A stretch of 64,000 bases of DNA. Origin: Lepidodermella squamata. Its lineage: Eukaryota; Animalia; Gastrotricha. Of the stretch, positions 48,894 through 62,187 are shown piece after piece. The notes below the pieces were generated by a model. The model worked only from the letters and a program-made list of their open reading frames with translations, was not told the origin of the DNA and searched no databases. A program made the position numbers and the translations under genes. The first letter of the stretch is position 1. Each line of letters opens with the position of its first letter. Where the stretch lies: NCBI GenBank assembly GCA_047495785.1, contig JBLDXI010000031.1, positions 62,001 through 126,000 on the forward strand, written 5' to 3'.

Positions 48894-49373
48894 TTATTTT
48901 GCCGCTCGAGACACCATGACTATCGAAAGTAGCAGTTGGACATCAGCGCCTGCTGTCGAAATACAAAATGTCGACTCAGTGTTTCGTGCGAAAGTCCACG
49001 ATTCCCTCCGATTTGTGTAACCGGCAGATCGGCCTGGAATTGAATGATGGAGGTCTAGTTTTACTGGATCAAAGTGCGCGTGCCCACGTGTCATGAAAAA
49101 ATAGCTAAGGATAAGCAACTGTTGAGAAGATGATGACTCGGCAACGTATGAGTGGATTGCCAAGGGAAAAGCCAGCATGGCTGTTTCGAGGAAATTTCGA
49201 AATTTTTGTTTATTTTTGTTAAAACTTCGGTGCCAGGCTGTCAGCTCACGATCTCCATTTGGATAGGCAATTTTCCAGCGGTAACCTACTCTTAGGATCT
49301 TTACTCTATCATATTCGATTTTTGATATGCCCAAGTCACCCCCGAGTTGAAATGACTTTTGAAAAATAAACAA
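48894..49373 (-). CDS. Possible exon or unknown ORF downstream of RPAP1
   Basis: 159-codon open frame beginning at a pyrimidine-rich acceptor-like site; no recognisable homology. Confidence 0.25.
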   Translation of the reverse strand: MFIFQKSFQLGGDLGISKIEYDRVKILRVGYRWKIAYPNGDRELTAWHRSFNKNKQKFRNFLETAMLAFPLAIHSYVAESSSSQQLLILSYFFMTRGHAHFDPVKLDLHHSIPGRSAGYTNRRESWTFARNTESTFCISTAGADVQLLLSIVMVSRAAK

Positions 49374-49569
49374 AAATTAGGAATCGAGCCCAAGTTGAGG
49401 CGCAAGTTGAGGCCCTTTATTGGAGCTCAGTGATGGTAGTTGCTAGGCATGGGCAAATATATATTCGTTCTGGCATCCGGCTCACTGCCATGGGTAGCTT
49501 GAGTGGAATCTTCTCGAAGCTCAAAGAAGAAGAAACAAAAATCAGTTTTATTTTCAATATTCGAGAAAA

Positions 49570-52500
49570 TTATTTCTGCATAAGAGTCATTAAAAACGAT
49601 TGAAATTTCGCCTCATCACCGATGAGAGATTTCAAAAACACCAAACGGTTCTGGGGCAATGTTTCATATAACAGAATGTGATCACTTGATATCGAATATC
49701 GGTAAAACACAAGCTGGGCGATTTTCGCGCGTTTCGCCGCTAAATTCTCGGATTTTCGGTCGTCGATCTGCTCAACTAGCGCTTGCCACATTGATTTCCG
49801 CAGCAGCTGACCGGACGAGTGGCCCGATGAGTCGAATAGGAATGAATTCAGGTGATTGATGGCGACAATCCACAGAACCGAGTCGCCCGTCACGGTCGAG
49901 TGGGCGTTCAGCAATTCACTAAAAGTGAACTCAGCGAGCTGTTTAACTACATGGATGTTGCTTTCGAATGGCTGCAGCAATTTGTCGAGATCGAACAGCA
50001 GTTGGTCACGCTTGATGTGCCGCAGAAATGTGAGCACTTCACGGTGGTCGCCCCAGAGAAGGCGGCGGAAGACGACCGGCTGCATAGCGCCAGAGAAAAG
50101 TAGTAAAATGTTGCCGAAAACGGCGTCCCCATAAGACGACGCTTTGAACTGTTCCAGAAGTGCGATGTAACTAGGAAATGAAAATGAAATATAGTTTATA
50201 GCGAGAAATCCGTGTTGGATTGAGCGGAATGAAGCGAAAAAGAAGGTGTCTACAAAGAAATTAGCTACAATTTTTCATTAAATCGATCGCTATTTCTTTG
50301 CAAAATCCTACGATTAGTGCTTAGTGCTACTAGTAAATGCTAGTAAAATTATATAAAAAATCTCGAGTAACTTTGTTCAACTTACAAATCAGGAAGCGTG
50401 CAGTCGAGACCGGGTACTTTTTCGGCGAAATTCAACGCATTGGCACTGCTTTTGAGGACGAGCGTCAAACAATCGGCCAACATGCCGCGAACGCCCTCCA
50501 ACTCGCCCGCCGCCCCGCCGAACACGTCGTCGTTCAGGTACAACGCCGCCAGCCGCACAAAATGCGTTATTGGCGTCAATTCCTGAAATAAAACCGTCGC
50601 GTTTTTGCGCAACATGAAACGCACAAATCGCAGCACGGCAACTACAACGCGATGCCGAACAGCCGGCATCGTTAAATCAGGCTCATTTTCCGGGCCTTGA
50701 CCAGGGCTGGGCGGTTGTAGCGAGATCGTGATGCCAGCGGCTGCTAACGGGAAGTACAGCCAATCTTTGCACAACGCTGGGCAGGAAAACGCGGTTGAAC
50801 CAGGATTTTGGAGTAAAACCGACAAAGCATCGCGATAGACGCTACGAATTGATTGGAAGCCATGCAAATCCGAGCCGATGATTTTCGGGTTGAACAAAAA
50901 TCCGTCGAAAATCACGTCCCAAACCAAGTTCGAGAATAAACTCGGAATTAGCGGCAAAATTTTGACTAAAGCTCCGAAAATCGATTTTTCTTCGATTTTT
51001 TCCATAAAATTCGTAACAGCTGAGATGAAATTGACGAAAAATTTGGCCTCCAAAACCAAATGAAAATAGGAATTCGCAAATCCAGCCGGCGATTTTTTCG
51101 TCGCAATCGAATTGAGATACTTCACGATATCAGTACTTGTCAAATTTTCGACTAAAATCGATTTCACTCTATCATTTTGAGCCGAGGCTAAAAACTCGAA
51201 TATCGACCCTGCCAGTGCCCAATATGAACATGGCACATTTTCTGAGAGCAAATTCAAGTATTGCAGAGAATTGGGGCTTTCATTTTTCGAATTTTTGAAT
51301 TCGAAAGATCGCAAAATTATCGATCGATCGGAATGACTAACCGATTCCTCGATCGATTTTTTCATCACGAACTCTGTTAATTCGATAAATTTTACCGATA
51401 TCGGTAATTTTTCGGCGATTTTCGATTTCGACCCAGCTAGATGGTAGGCTGACGAAAGGAAATTGACCAAAGAGTCGATTGAATGGTTTTTCAGCCAATC
51501 AATAAATTTAGCTGGGAATATGACGAAAATCGGCTCGAGGAGGCCGAAAATTGGCCCTTCAAAATCGAACGACTCATCGTCCATTTTCAACGATGAGAAA
51601 AGTTGTAAAATTGATGAGTAAAATGCGAAAATCTCCGGCGGTGGAATCGATTCAGACCTCGATAAAACAACCGTTTCCAGCTCGACAAAATGCTGACTCA
51701 GTGCTAAAATCGCATCTTTCGCTCCTTTTACATTTCCAAGGCAATAACTGGTTAAAAGTCGAATGTAACCGCTTGCCACATTAAATTCACTCGAATTCGG
51801 CCTCAATTCGGACAAAAATCCATGAATTCTGTTCAGTTCGAAATTCGATGAAATCGCATTCGGCGATGAAATGGCGATTGTCGCTAACAATTCAAGACTT
51901 TTCGGCTCAAGTTTAACGAAATCCGGCGATGAAATTTTCGCCAAAATTCGTTGATTATTCGTAATTTGGGCCGCGCAACTCGGCGAATGACGGGCGACCC
52001 TCAGCAGAATTTCCAAGATTTTTTCACGAATTTCCTCCTGGCCCAACGGAATCGGCCAATCACACAGGATATACCTCAACCTCGCGATTAAATTCGTACG
52101 AAAAACTAGCGCTAAAATGACGTCTTTCGCCATAAAATCGCCGTCATTCAGCTTTTTCAGCGATTCATCACTCGTCGGATTCGGAATTATTTGACTGGAA
52201 AGATATGGAAAATTCGCCCAGGAGTTATTGGAGAAATAATTTTCCAACAACAAATCATCCGATTTTTCGATTAAAAAGCTGTGAAGTGCGGTTAGAGCTG
52301 CTAAGGCGTTGTTTTCTGAATTAGAATCGTCCAAGGCTACTCGTATCACGAAGCCTAGACCCGCCTCTAGCAAACACGGAATTATTGGCTTATCAAGCCC
52401 TGCCGCTACGTAGTGGCCTCGCCTCGCTTTTTCACAAATTTCACTCAAAGTCCGCAGGGCTAAAACGCGTTGTTGGACATTGGTCGATCTCGCGAGTTCC

Positions 52501-55057
52501 AACAGTTCGGACAGCGTGTAGCCAGGCCGGTCTGGCTCTTCGCCGTGGTGGTACAGACCGGATGAGGTGGGCGGCAGTTCGATAGGCGGCACGTCAGGGT
52601 CGTTGTTGGTTAGAATAGCAGCTGGGATTGGCGCGATTTCACCCGCAAAATCGAACCGCGTTTCGAAGGCTTGCAACTCCTTGTTTGCTGAAGCTACAAT
52701 AAAAGAGGAAACATCATCGATTATAATAAAAATAATTGTAAATATTTTCATAATTAAAATTGGGGTTCAAGAATTCTTCATTTTCCGATGCTTGATGAAA
52801 TTCAAAAATCACCTTCAAATTGATGTCGCAATTTTTCAATTTGTTTGCTAAACTGAGAATTCAACAACAAATAGGCCAAATAAATTTACCATTTATTGGC
52901 ACATCTCTCGTCCACTCGAGCTTGTCCGCCTCGACATTGTCCATATGCACCCATTTCGGATCAGGTTTCACCGGCAAGTCATCAGGCACTGCTGATTTTG
53001 ATCCATTTTTATCGTTCGATTGCGACTCATTGTCTGTCGAAGCAGTTGTCGCTACTGTATTTGGCTTTTTCCGATTTTTCAAGAATTCAACCAGATTTTT
53101 CGGTAGAACTTGCGACAACTCCTCGCGATCTGCTTCGATTTCATCGCGGCTCATTTTCGCCAATTTTTCACGATTTTCTCGATCGATTTCCGACAGCAAT
53201 TTCGGCGAAATTTTAGCTTCTTCCACCTTTTTATCTTCAACAATATCTGAGATATTTTCGTCATTTTTAGGCTCTTCGACTGCTGGTTTATTTTTTGCCA
53301 GCATCTGCCTTGCGAATAAACTCATGCCTCGAACCGGTTTCGCGTTCATTTCAGTTTTACTCAACTGGACTATTTCAGGTAATGGAAAGCCGCTTGTCGC
53401 TTGAAAACTTGGCAAAGTGACTTTAGACGGGTCGAATGGCCGTTCGACGATTTCGCCTAGAACGCCCGTTATTCCTGATTTGGCGGCTGAAAGAGGGAAC
53501 CACGCTGGATCGCTGCTATCATCGTCTTCCTCTTTATCGCTCTCTTGATCGACAGGTCGGCTTGAACTCGCAGCTATAAAAATGAGAAAGAAAATTACAT
53601 TTCGAAATAAATTTCAATTACAGAAACTCGAATGACTTTCTTTGTAGCTGATTGAAAACCTTTTCGAAATTTCCGAGATTTTAGTGATTTTTAGTACTCC
53701 TCGGGTCTATGCGAATTTGTGGCTTTTTAGAAACCATCCTCTAACCGAATCCAGATGTTAACTTCATGTTAGCTTTGGTCTTCTCGCCACTCTGGTGTCA
53801 GAAGTGAAGTATTAGGGTTTTTCGAACGACAGAGTGTTACTATTTCGTCTTAAGGGCATTGGTGCTCGGTTTTGGCACCGACGCCCGACGTAAGATGGTG
53901 ACGGTTGTCCTGGCGGATGAATGGGCCCTGGGACTGTCAGCTGTTTGCAACGTTGGTTCGAGTAGAATTATCCGAATTAACGAGAAAAATCAGTCTGAGA
54001 TGAAAGCCTTGCTACGGGTTCCTATCTCGCGTTATACAATTAATAATTCTTGTCGCTACCATTGCGGATCTATTCATAAAAATCCATGTTCACTTGTGCT
54101 GCTTTGTTCAACTTCGAAACGAAATAGGCGGAAAACCAGTTGAAAATCATTATATCAGCAATAGGCCGAATTTTGAAGTACGATGCCTCACAAATGGCGT
54201 TGTACTTCGAATGCCTAGCGGAAAACCAGCTATTAGGAATCGGATGCCAGCCAGAAATCGCACGAACCAGGTCGGGACTTTCACCCTTTGAACCCCCAGA
54301 CAAATCTACGTCCCCGACAAGGGTTTATCCAGCCACCCTCAACCCACCCCAACCCACCCCCAAATTTCGAGCTTTTTGGCTATTTTTGAGCTTTGAAGGC
54401 CTATTTTTACCCCATTTTGTGACTACCAACCCCCAATTTCAAAAGGCTAGATAAACCCTTGGTCCCCGATATTAATGAAAACTCGCATTCGATTATTAGA
54501 GCTTGCTGGCATGTGCAAAGCATTAAAGCAGCGATACCTAGATAGTATTCTCAATTAGGCTCTTCGAAATGAGGTTAACAAATGCATCCCGAAATTGGAC
54601 TATAAGGTCAACGGTCGTTTTTGTCTATTCGTACTTTCCAATCGAAGGGTTGCGGATTATTGAAAAAAGTTTGCTCAATCAGCACATACATGTAAAATAC
54701 ATGCAAAACTAGTAAAACTCTTGCTTCACTTGGCTGGCAAAAGCGATTCGAGCGGAATAATTTTTAGGTGATGAAGTGAGTGGAACCTTTCAGAAAGGTC
54801 AAAATCAGAAATCAGAAATCAGACAGCAAATAAGATTAGACCGGATTGTTTTTCCAACCAGCCTTACTCAGTTTCAATCGTTAACCACGCATAAAATATC
54901 GCGTCTTACCATTCGCTTTTTTGAACACAGTCGCCGCTGGTTCGCCCTTAACGACTCGTTTCGACTGGTCAGGTTTCTTGCCAATACTCGCCAGATATTC
55001 TTCTTGAAACCGCAACAAATCTTCCTCGGTATCTTTTGCCGAGGGCCTTTTTATCAT
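49570..55057 (-). CDS. RPAP1: RNA polymerase II-associated protein 1; approximate exons 55057-54910, 53574-52890, 52694-50386, 50171-49570
   Basis: N-terminal MIKRPSAKDTEEDLLRFQEEYLA; RPAP1_N EIDRENREKLAKMSRDEIEADREEL; RPAP1_C GLYHHGEEPDRPGYTLSELLELARSTNVQQR; C-terminal SSYGDAVF...RRLLWGD...VAINHLNSFLF. Confidence 0.9.
54318..54461. mobile_element. 144-bp MITE with an 8-bp TSD (hAT or P superfamily) in RPAP1 intron 1
   Basis: GTCCCCGA at 54310-54317 and 54462-54469; TIR CAAGGGTTTATCYAGCC. Confidence 0.88.
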
Positions 55058-55187
55058 TTTTATCGAAAATGCCTAATAAAATCGAGACAAAAATTGGATA
55101 TTTAGTACGAATAAAATCACATAGCAACTTATTTGAAAAAAATGAGCAATAAAACACGACGCAAAACATGAGACAAACAAAAATTGG

Positions 55188-58100
55188 TCATTGACGTTTC
55201 AGAAAATTTAAAATGCTTTTCTGAGCGTTGTTCGACTTCCCAGGCGGTGAATTCGATTTTCGATTATTGCTATTCGAAATTTTGCGCTGAATTTTCGAAG
55301 AGGGCCCAGCTTGACTTTCAACGCCTCGAATTAGCTCATCTTCTTCTTTGAGAGATCGTATCGCAGACCGATTCAGACACTCATCGATGTGCTGGTTAAA
55401 TTTTACCAACGTAATTTTCGGCAATTTCGCATTGCAAATCGGGCAAACGTAAGACTCGGAATTTTCTTCAACATTCGACGAAGAATTTTCGTCGAAAATC
55501 ACATCGTCAATCAGGGAAATTTCTTCAACGCATTCAGGTTCAGAACTCAATTTTTTCGATTTTTTCGAATTTTCCTGAACTTCCTCACTTTTGCGTTTAT
55601 TTTTCGTTAAAAGCGTCGAAATCGAATTCGATTCTTCGATTTCTTCGATTTCTTTCAAATTCGATAATCGAACACCGAGAAGGCGGATCCATAATTTCCC
55701 ACCATTGTCCGCAAATTCTTTTTCCAACAACTGTTTCGCGACTTGAAACATATCTTGGCCCTTTGAATCCGGTCGAAAATACGCATTTTTACCCGGACAA
55801 GAGCCGGCGCGGGTGAAATTTTTAAAATCAGCAGTTTTAATTTTCAACGTTAAAGTCCGGCCTAGCAATTGTTCCTCCTCAATCGATTCCGCAACTTCCT
55901 CACATAATTCTTTGATAATTGGCAATAATTTTGCCATATCGCACGTTTTTTCAAAGGTGGTCTCAGTTCCTAAAGATTTTCTCGGCCCTCCGTGTTCCAA
56001 ATGGGTCGAACCCATGCCGAGACAAGCGTGGAGTAGGAATGAAAAGTGAAGATCGGAAAATAGCTGCAAAATATCGCCGAGTCGTTCCAGCAAATCGCCG
56101 CACGTTTTGATATCGAGACCAGCCAATTCGCCCTGGCTCACCGGGCCAACGCCAGGGATTTTCGAGACAGCCATGCTTTTCATCAGGTTCAGAATTTCGT
56201 CCCGTTCCGGTCGGATCATGAACTGGCCGTTTGGTTTGCGCAGATCTGAGGCGATTTTTGCGATCATTGTGTTTGGCGCGATTCCGGCTGAACTCGTCAG
56301 CCGGGTTGAGAGCAGGATTTTGAAGCGGATTTCTTCGACTACTGCCCAGGCCGTTGTTCCGAACGTAATTTCGTCGCCAACTTCACATCTAAAATAAAAA
56401 TAATTTGATTATTCGATAAAAATGTGCAACACTAAATTTGATAATTCATAAAAATAGCTCTCCAGCTAGATTCCACCAACTATTCACGATGCATGTTTAC
56501 GTAGAAACCTTTCAAAATGGCGAGCGGCCATTCCGGCTATTTATTGCCCTCTCCCGAACGGGCGTAACGAAACTCATCTTCTGTTTTTTCAACAATATTT
56601 TGCTGGTCTATGACCTGAGAGTCTAATCGCTGATTTCGAGCAAGCATGGCGAAGGGCATTTTGTGAGGTGACCAAGTCACGATTCGAGGTTGTCTGTTCC
56701 ACTTAATGCAAAGCCAATTTTCAGGATGATTGCTTCTCAGTGCATGAATTATATCAAAAATTTCAATCTATGGGGCTACTAGCAACAAAATGAAAGAATT
56801 CAACAAGCCATCCGGCAGCAGGGCACGCTGGCATTCGTTCATACTTAGCATGTTGGCCAGCTAATCGTTCGCGTTGCTCGACCACTATTCACGTGGTTCC
56901 CTGTCTTCAACAATAAACTCACGAAATATGGCGCATTTGTCGAATCTGGTTCCGAAATTCTCGCCAATAAAACGTCGACTACAGCTGCCTTGGAAAATTC
57001 GATCAAGTACAAAGGGAAGGTCACGAACAAGGAGCTGAGAGAAGCCTATGAACAGCAAGACAAGGCTCGGATGATCACGCCCATATAAAGACGATATGTA
57101 GGATGAAAGGCTGCGAAAGACACAACACAAAGCGGATTTCGATTCAATTACATTCGCAAAATCCTCCGGGCGCCCCAGGACTCTACCCGACTCTATTCTA
57201 AGTGCTGCGAAGCAACGCATTTACCGACGATTTCGGTGTCAAGGGAACTAAGATGGCGATCCTATCGGCCCTAGACTCACGCTTCTCGGAGTTAATGCTG
57301 ACGATTTCGTGCGAATCGCCTGCCTATTGGACCCGCGCTTCAAGGGGTCTTACCTGGTTTAACAGGGGTCTTAGTTTAACAGTTTGAATTTTAAACACCC
57401 AACGAGAAATTTTTAAACACCAAAAAGGGCAAAATTTGCCCGAAATCGAAAGAAAAACGGTCTCACCCCCCAAAATTACACTCCGAAACCGCAAATTTAA
57501 ACACCAAATCGATCCTTAAAAACACGCTGCATAAACATTGGTTTCCCGACGAGTTAGTGTATAAAATAAAGTGGAATAGGCAACCGTGAATCGTGGCCTC
57601 ACGAAGTACCAAATAAAATTGCGTCTTGTTCCCATGTCTAGGTGAATCGTTTTTAATTGTCAGAGATCCAGCTCAAGCTCTCTGGGAAAAAACATTCCAA
57701 AGAAATTTCCGATATGAGTTCTCAGTTTAGAGATTCTACAATTTTAAATACAGGGAATACAAGTTCTCTGAAGATAGATATGTTTTCTCTTTAACCCTCC
57801 AGCGCCTACGGAAGCGCGTGTCTATGTGCGCGTATACACGCAAAGGCGTTTTTCGGTGATTTTGCGTGTTTACACGTCGACTTGCACGCGTATACCCGCT
57901 TTTTCAAAAACTCGACGTCTATACCCGCAAGTTGTGAAAAAAATTACTAAGACGTCTCGACACGCTAATGAGGCGTCTTCACACGCAGAAATTGAGGCAT
58001 CTTAACACGCCCATATGCTAATTTTATTCATGATTTTGACCATTTTTATTCGGAAATCGCAGGAATTTCAACGATCTTCGCTAAAATCAACAATAATCAA

Positions 58101-60767
58101 TCACTCAGCTTGCCAATTATAAAAATTAAATTATAAATTATAAAAATAAATAGTTCAGGCTTTCATTGACTAGTGATTGAATTGGCAAGGTAGCGCGCGA
58201 TTTCGAAATCAGGCCGCTTGCGCAATCAATTTGATTGTTTTCGGTAGTGATACCCAGCGCGGTATTCAGCAGGTTCACAATGTGCCCTTGCGCCAGAAGC
58301 CGTGGAGATGCCAGTTGAATTGCCAGAAAAAGATCAGAATATCTCAAAAACTAAGAATCGATGAAACTCTGATTTTTTTCAATGCATTCAGCTCGCGTTT
58401 TATAGCTATTTTTGCCCTAGTTAATGTCTTTGGCGTCTTGCGACGCAACATTGTTCGCGTGTGAACACGCCCTAGCTGTGTGACCATTGTGGCGTGTTAA
58501 GACGCCAACTTTGCGTGTTAAGACGCACCATAAGCGTGTAAACCAGCGATTAGGCACTTGCCAACTTTGCGTCGACAGAGGGCACAGGTGTTTCAGCAAA
58601 ATATTTTCGAGGTCGATATTTTGTATCGCAATCATAGTGAAATAAATTATCAGGTGGAAAGAAAAGGCTGATTGATAAAATCTGAATTTGTCGGGTATTA
58701 AAAGTGAAAAACGCGTGTATACACGTCGTAGGCGTTGGAGGGTTAAATTGAACCCTGCTCGGGTGTTTATATCAACAATATTAGTATGTCAAGTTTCATC
58801 ACGGAATTTCGGTTGGAAATTTTGTCATTCATCAGTTTTTTAATTCGGAGCGCCTTTGAATTCCCGACGTGATTAATGAATAGGTGCAGTTAGCAAAACG
58901 CAGTTTCATTTTTTGCTAGGATTTTGCTTGCGACGCGGGAAGGCAGGATGGAAAAATTAGCCTTAAAAAATTGAGGGTGACGAGAGAACGAAATTTTGCC
59001 GAATGGTGAAAGATGCTCATCTATGTGCACTTCGAACGGCTGCTCAAATATCGCTTAGCTGCCAACTTTTCTGGTCGCACCGGCGCAGCAAAAAAGATCG
59101 GCGAGCTTGTAATGGTAGAATTTAACCTACCTAACATTTGACAACTGAAAAGTGGGGTTTAGAGAATTTTTCAGAAATTGCTAGCAAAACACGAAAAAAT
59201 GCATTGACTCGAAAGGGAACGATTCGCAGCTTTCATTATGCCCCGATTAATTCTTCCGTATTCATTGTGGATTTTGAATTTTCAAAATATCTAGGATGCT
59301 ACTTATAAGACTTGTGAGCTTGTAAGTTCTCACTTTTCCAGTTTTTAAGACTTGGAGGGACGCTAGCATGATTATTAGAAAAATAGCGCCAAGCTCTACT
59401 AGAAATGGATTTTTTGGCTATTCCCATCTAAATGTGTAAGACTGCAATTTTTATGCTTGACATAATGTGATCTGGGTGATATAAAAGAGACAGAACGGCC
59501 AAGGCTCCCGTCCCTCTTCAGGATTGTGGGCTCTCAAATTTTCTACAATTAATCTAGGTTGCTGAGAATATTGGCAACAAATTGCCTATTAGACTACGAC
59601 AGATGCATTTTTGAGGGCGGGTGCTTTTAAATGAAAGTAGGGCTAATTTTTTGCAGCAATCACTTTGATTTATTTGTCTTGCGAATTTTCATTAAACCCC
59701 ACTTTTCATCTGTTAACCGCCATATTCATATTTCAGTTTTATGCAGCATTGTTTTGGAAGGCGAATTACAAAGCGAGCGAAAATCAATATTTGTGCAGCT
59801 GTTAGAAGTCATCTTCGAGATGAGCAGTTAGTTCATTTTCATTCGTCAATTTTTCGTTCTCAAATTACTTTCGTTTTATTCTCATCCTTCTAACCATGCT
59901 GAAACTTGCAGTTGTTTTCGTTTTACTGGTAGGTTCTTTTTTCTTTAGCTTTTCTTTAGCATCATTGATATTTCGTATTTTTTCAGGTATCGTCCGCCAT
60001 TTTCGCGAATGGTGAAGTCGAGAGCGAAGTAGCTGAAGCTCAGCCGAGCAGCCGCGACGCTGAGCAGCCACAGGAGCAAGCGCGTCATTGCTACGTTCGC
60101 GTTAATGGTAAATGTGTCCTTGACGGGTGATCGTGTGTTCCTAAATAGTGATTCCACTCGGAATGACCAATCGGGAGTGAAGATGAGATGACGTGCATGT
60201 AATAGATCTTCAGAATAAATTTGGCCGAGTCGTGAAAAAACATGAGTATTGGAAGAAACTTGATTTACTTTGGTTGGAACTTTTGGCGGCCATTTGAAAC
60301 CATTCGTCTAATTCTCGCCTACAGGTCGCCCAATTGCGAAGCTTGGCTTACCTGAGTAACTTGCATTTCGGACAGTATTTGAAGTCCGACTTCTCCACCG
60401 GTTGTGACGACTCAATTTCCGCCTCGTCGCATTTGCAACCAACACGACTTGATAGTTCATCCGAAATTTTGAAATCGGCGATTTGGTTACTCGTTTTGCC
60501 AGTCAGCCGAGATTCTAGGTATTCAGTCAAGTCAAGGTAAGCCTCGTCCAGCCCGCCGGTTACGTACTCAGGGCAGTACTCGGCGAAAACCTCGCGGACT
60601 TGCTTCGCAACAGCCGAGTATTTGCGGAAATCCGGTCGAATGATGACCAGATGCGGGCACAGCTTCTTAGCGACGAATCCCGGCATTGCACTGCGACAGC
60701 CGTAACTTCGAGCGATGTAATTCGTCGTCGATAGCATCGAATTGCCGCCCACCGCGACAGGCTTATC
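55188..60767 (-). CDS. POLK: DNA polymerase kappa (Y family); last two exons (~60767-60352, ~56388-55188), 5' exons not seen in the window
   Basis: KPVAVGGNSMLSTTNYIARSYG.RSAMPGF.AKKLCP, LDEAYLDLT, LTSSAGIAPNTMIAKIASDLRKPNGQF, KIPGVG, RKSLGTETTF, UBZ CPIC...FNQHIDECL, C-terminal PIP box QKSILNFL. Confidence 0.93.
56640..57350 (+). mobile_element. Degenerate hAT transposase fragment in a POLK intron
   Basis: ACLLDPRFKG (57318-57347) is the hAT A..LDPRFK motif, preceded by AILSALDSRF; stops and frameshifts. Confidence 0.55.
57795..58742. mobile_element. Non-autonomous piggyBac-type element (948 bp)
   Basis: TTAA TSD; TIR CCCTCCARCGCCTACG / CGTAGGCGTTGGAGGG; many subterminal ACGCGTGT/ACACGC motifs as in the 47202 element. 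Confidence 0.9.
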
Positions 60768-61199
60768 TATGAAAATGGGTAATAATTTCAGTTTGTTTGA
60801 TCGATCAATATTAGTTTAAATAAATTCAGTAGCACTATTCTGTTGAAGATGTGCAAAATAAAGAAAAAGCTGCATCGGAGGCCAATAAGACAGCGGCCAA
60901 AATAGTTGGCGACGCTGGCTCAGTTCTGATTGAGCTCTGCAAGAAAGAAATCAATCGTTGAGATGCTACAATACAAGAAGTTGTCTCAGCTCCAATGCTT
61001 ATGAGTCATTTTGATATTTACGAATGGCTCTCTTAAAAGAAATCGAGTTTTTCGAGTTTACTCTGATGAACTCGCCAAACGAGTTTTACCAATAAAACTA
61101 TCAAGGTAATAAACTTGGAATCCATCGAAAAACAGGTTGCAAAGCAGTTATGATATCAGCCGTAGTCTCAAACTTGAAACATCATATTGCACTACACAG

Positions 61200-61370
61200 T
61201 TTCTCTGAGGCTGACGACCTGGCTCAGGAAGCTTTTCAAAGATTCCAGGAATTGTTAGCATTATTGATGGTACGCATATCCGAATAAGAAAGAAAGGCAG
61301 TTGCGTGCCAGATCCGGGTTCGTTTTGGTGCAGCAGATACAGTATGTTAAATTATCAGGGGATTGTCTTC
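61200..61370 (+). mobile_element. PIF/Harbinger transposase fragment
   Basis: KIPGIVSIIDGTHIRI...MLNYQGIV matches the Harbinger/HARBI1 P.V.G.IDGTHI.I...N.Q.V motif. Confidence 0.7.
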
Positions 61371-62187
61371 ATCTTCTTTGTTAACTTCAGTTCACGAAGT
61401 ATAATACAAGCGATAACGGACACGGAAGTTTCCAAGATCTTGGCAACTTCCGATTCAACTTCGAAATGGCCAATGGCGAGTCAATGTGAAGCGTGACCAC
61501 CGACGCCACCGAAAACGCACCGGCGCTGAAGGCGGCCCTTCTACAAAAATGAAGGCCTACGTGCTCAAACTTTATGACCACAGCCTAGGGCAAGACTATT
61601 CTTCGATTTAAATATCATTTCATACCTATGATTTCTTGGACGTTTCCGTTACAAAGCTTTTCGCTGAATTCTTTTGCTGAAAGCGGGCAAAAAGAAGAGG
61701 CTCAACTTCGGACAACAAACAAAGAAGAAAAAAGCTTCTGGGTCATCTAGTAGCAAGGTGCGGTACGCGGATCGGGTTCGGAGGGTCTGCTTACGAGACA
61801 AACATCATCCTTTCAAGCCAAGGAGGAAAGAGGAAGGCTGATTAAAGTGCGCCGTCTTCGACACAGAGCGCGTCTCAGTCCAAACAGAAATTGATCGCCG
61901 AGGATGCGAACAAAGAAACAAGCAACGGGCGGGAACAAGCTCAGCGGAAAAAATACTTAGAAAACTTCTCGAAATCGTTAGCTGAAATAACCATTGTATT
62001 TGATATGTAATAATTCGATTTTTCTCGAAGAGTAATTCAAACCTATCCTTTTTGCCCAAAATGGTTTGAAGAATACAGCTTGCTACGAGAGTAGGGCAAA
62101 GAACGGATGCCAAACTCGCGGTAAGATTAATTCTTCTAGGTGAGGCCTTTTCATCAACTTTTTTCATTTTAGAAATTCTTGATCGGA

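Noticed and set aside
57795-58742. Repeated ACACGC/GCGTGT motifs that could suggest a CRISPR-like array
   Set aside because: Irregular spacing, eukaryotic context, and fully explained as subterminal repeats of a TTAA piggyBac-type element
61043-61075. CTGATGA followed by a hairpin (ACTCG-ccaaa-CGAGT), resembling a hammerhead ribozyme core; similar at 33099, 15000 and 9680
   Set aside because: The required GAAA after stem II and the closing stems are missing in every case
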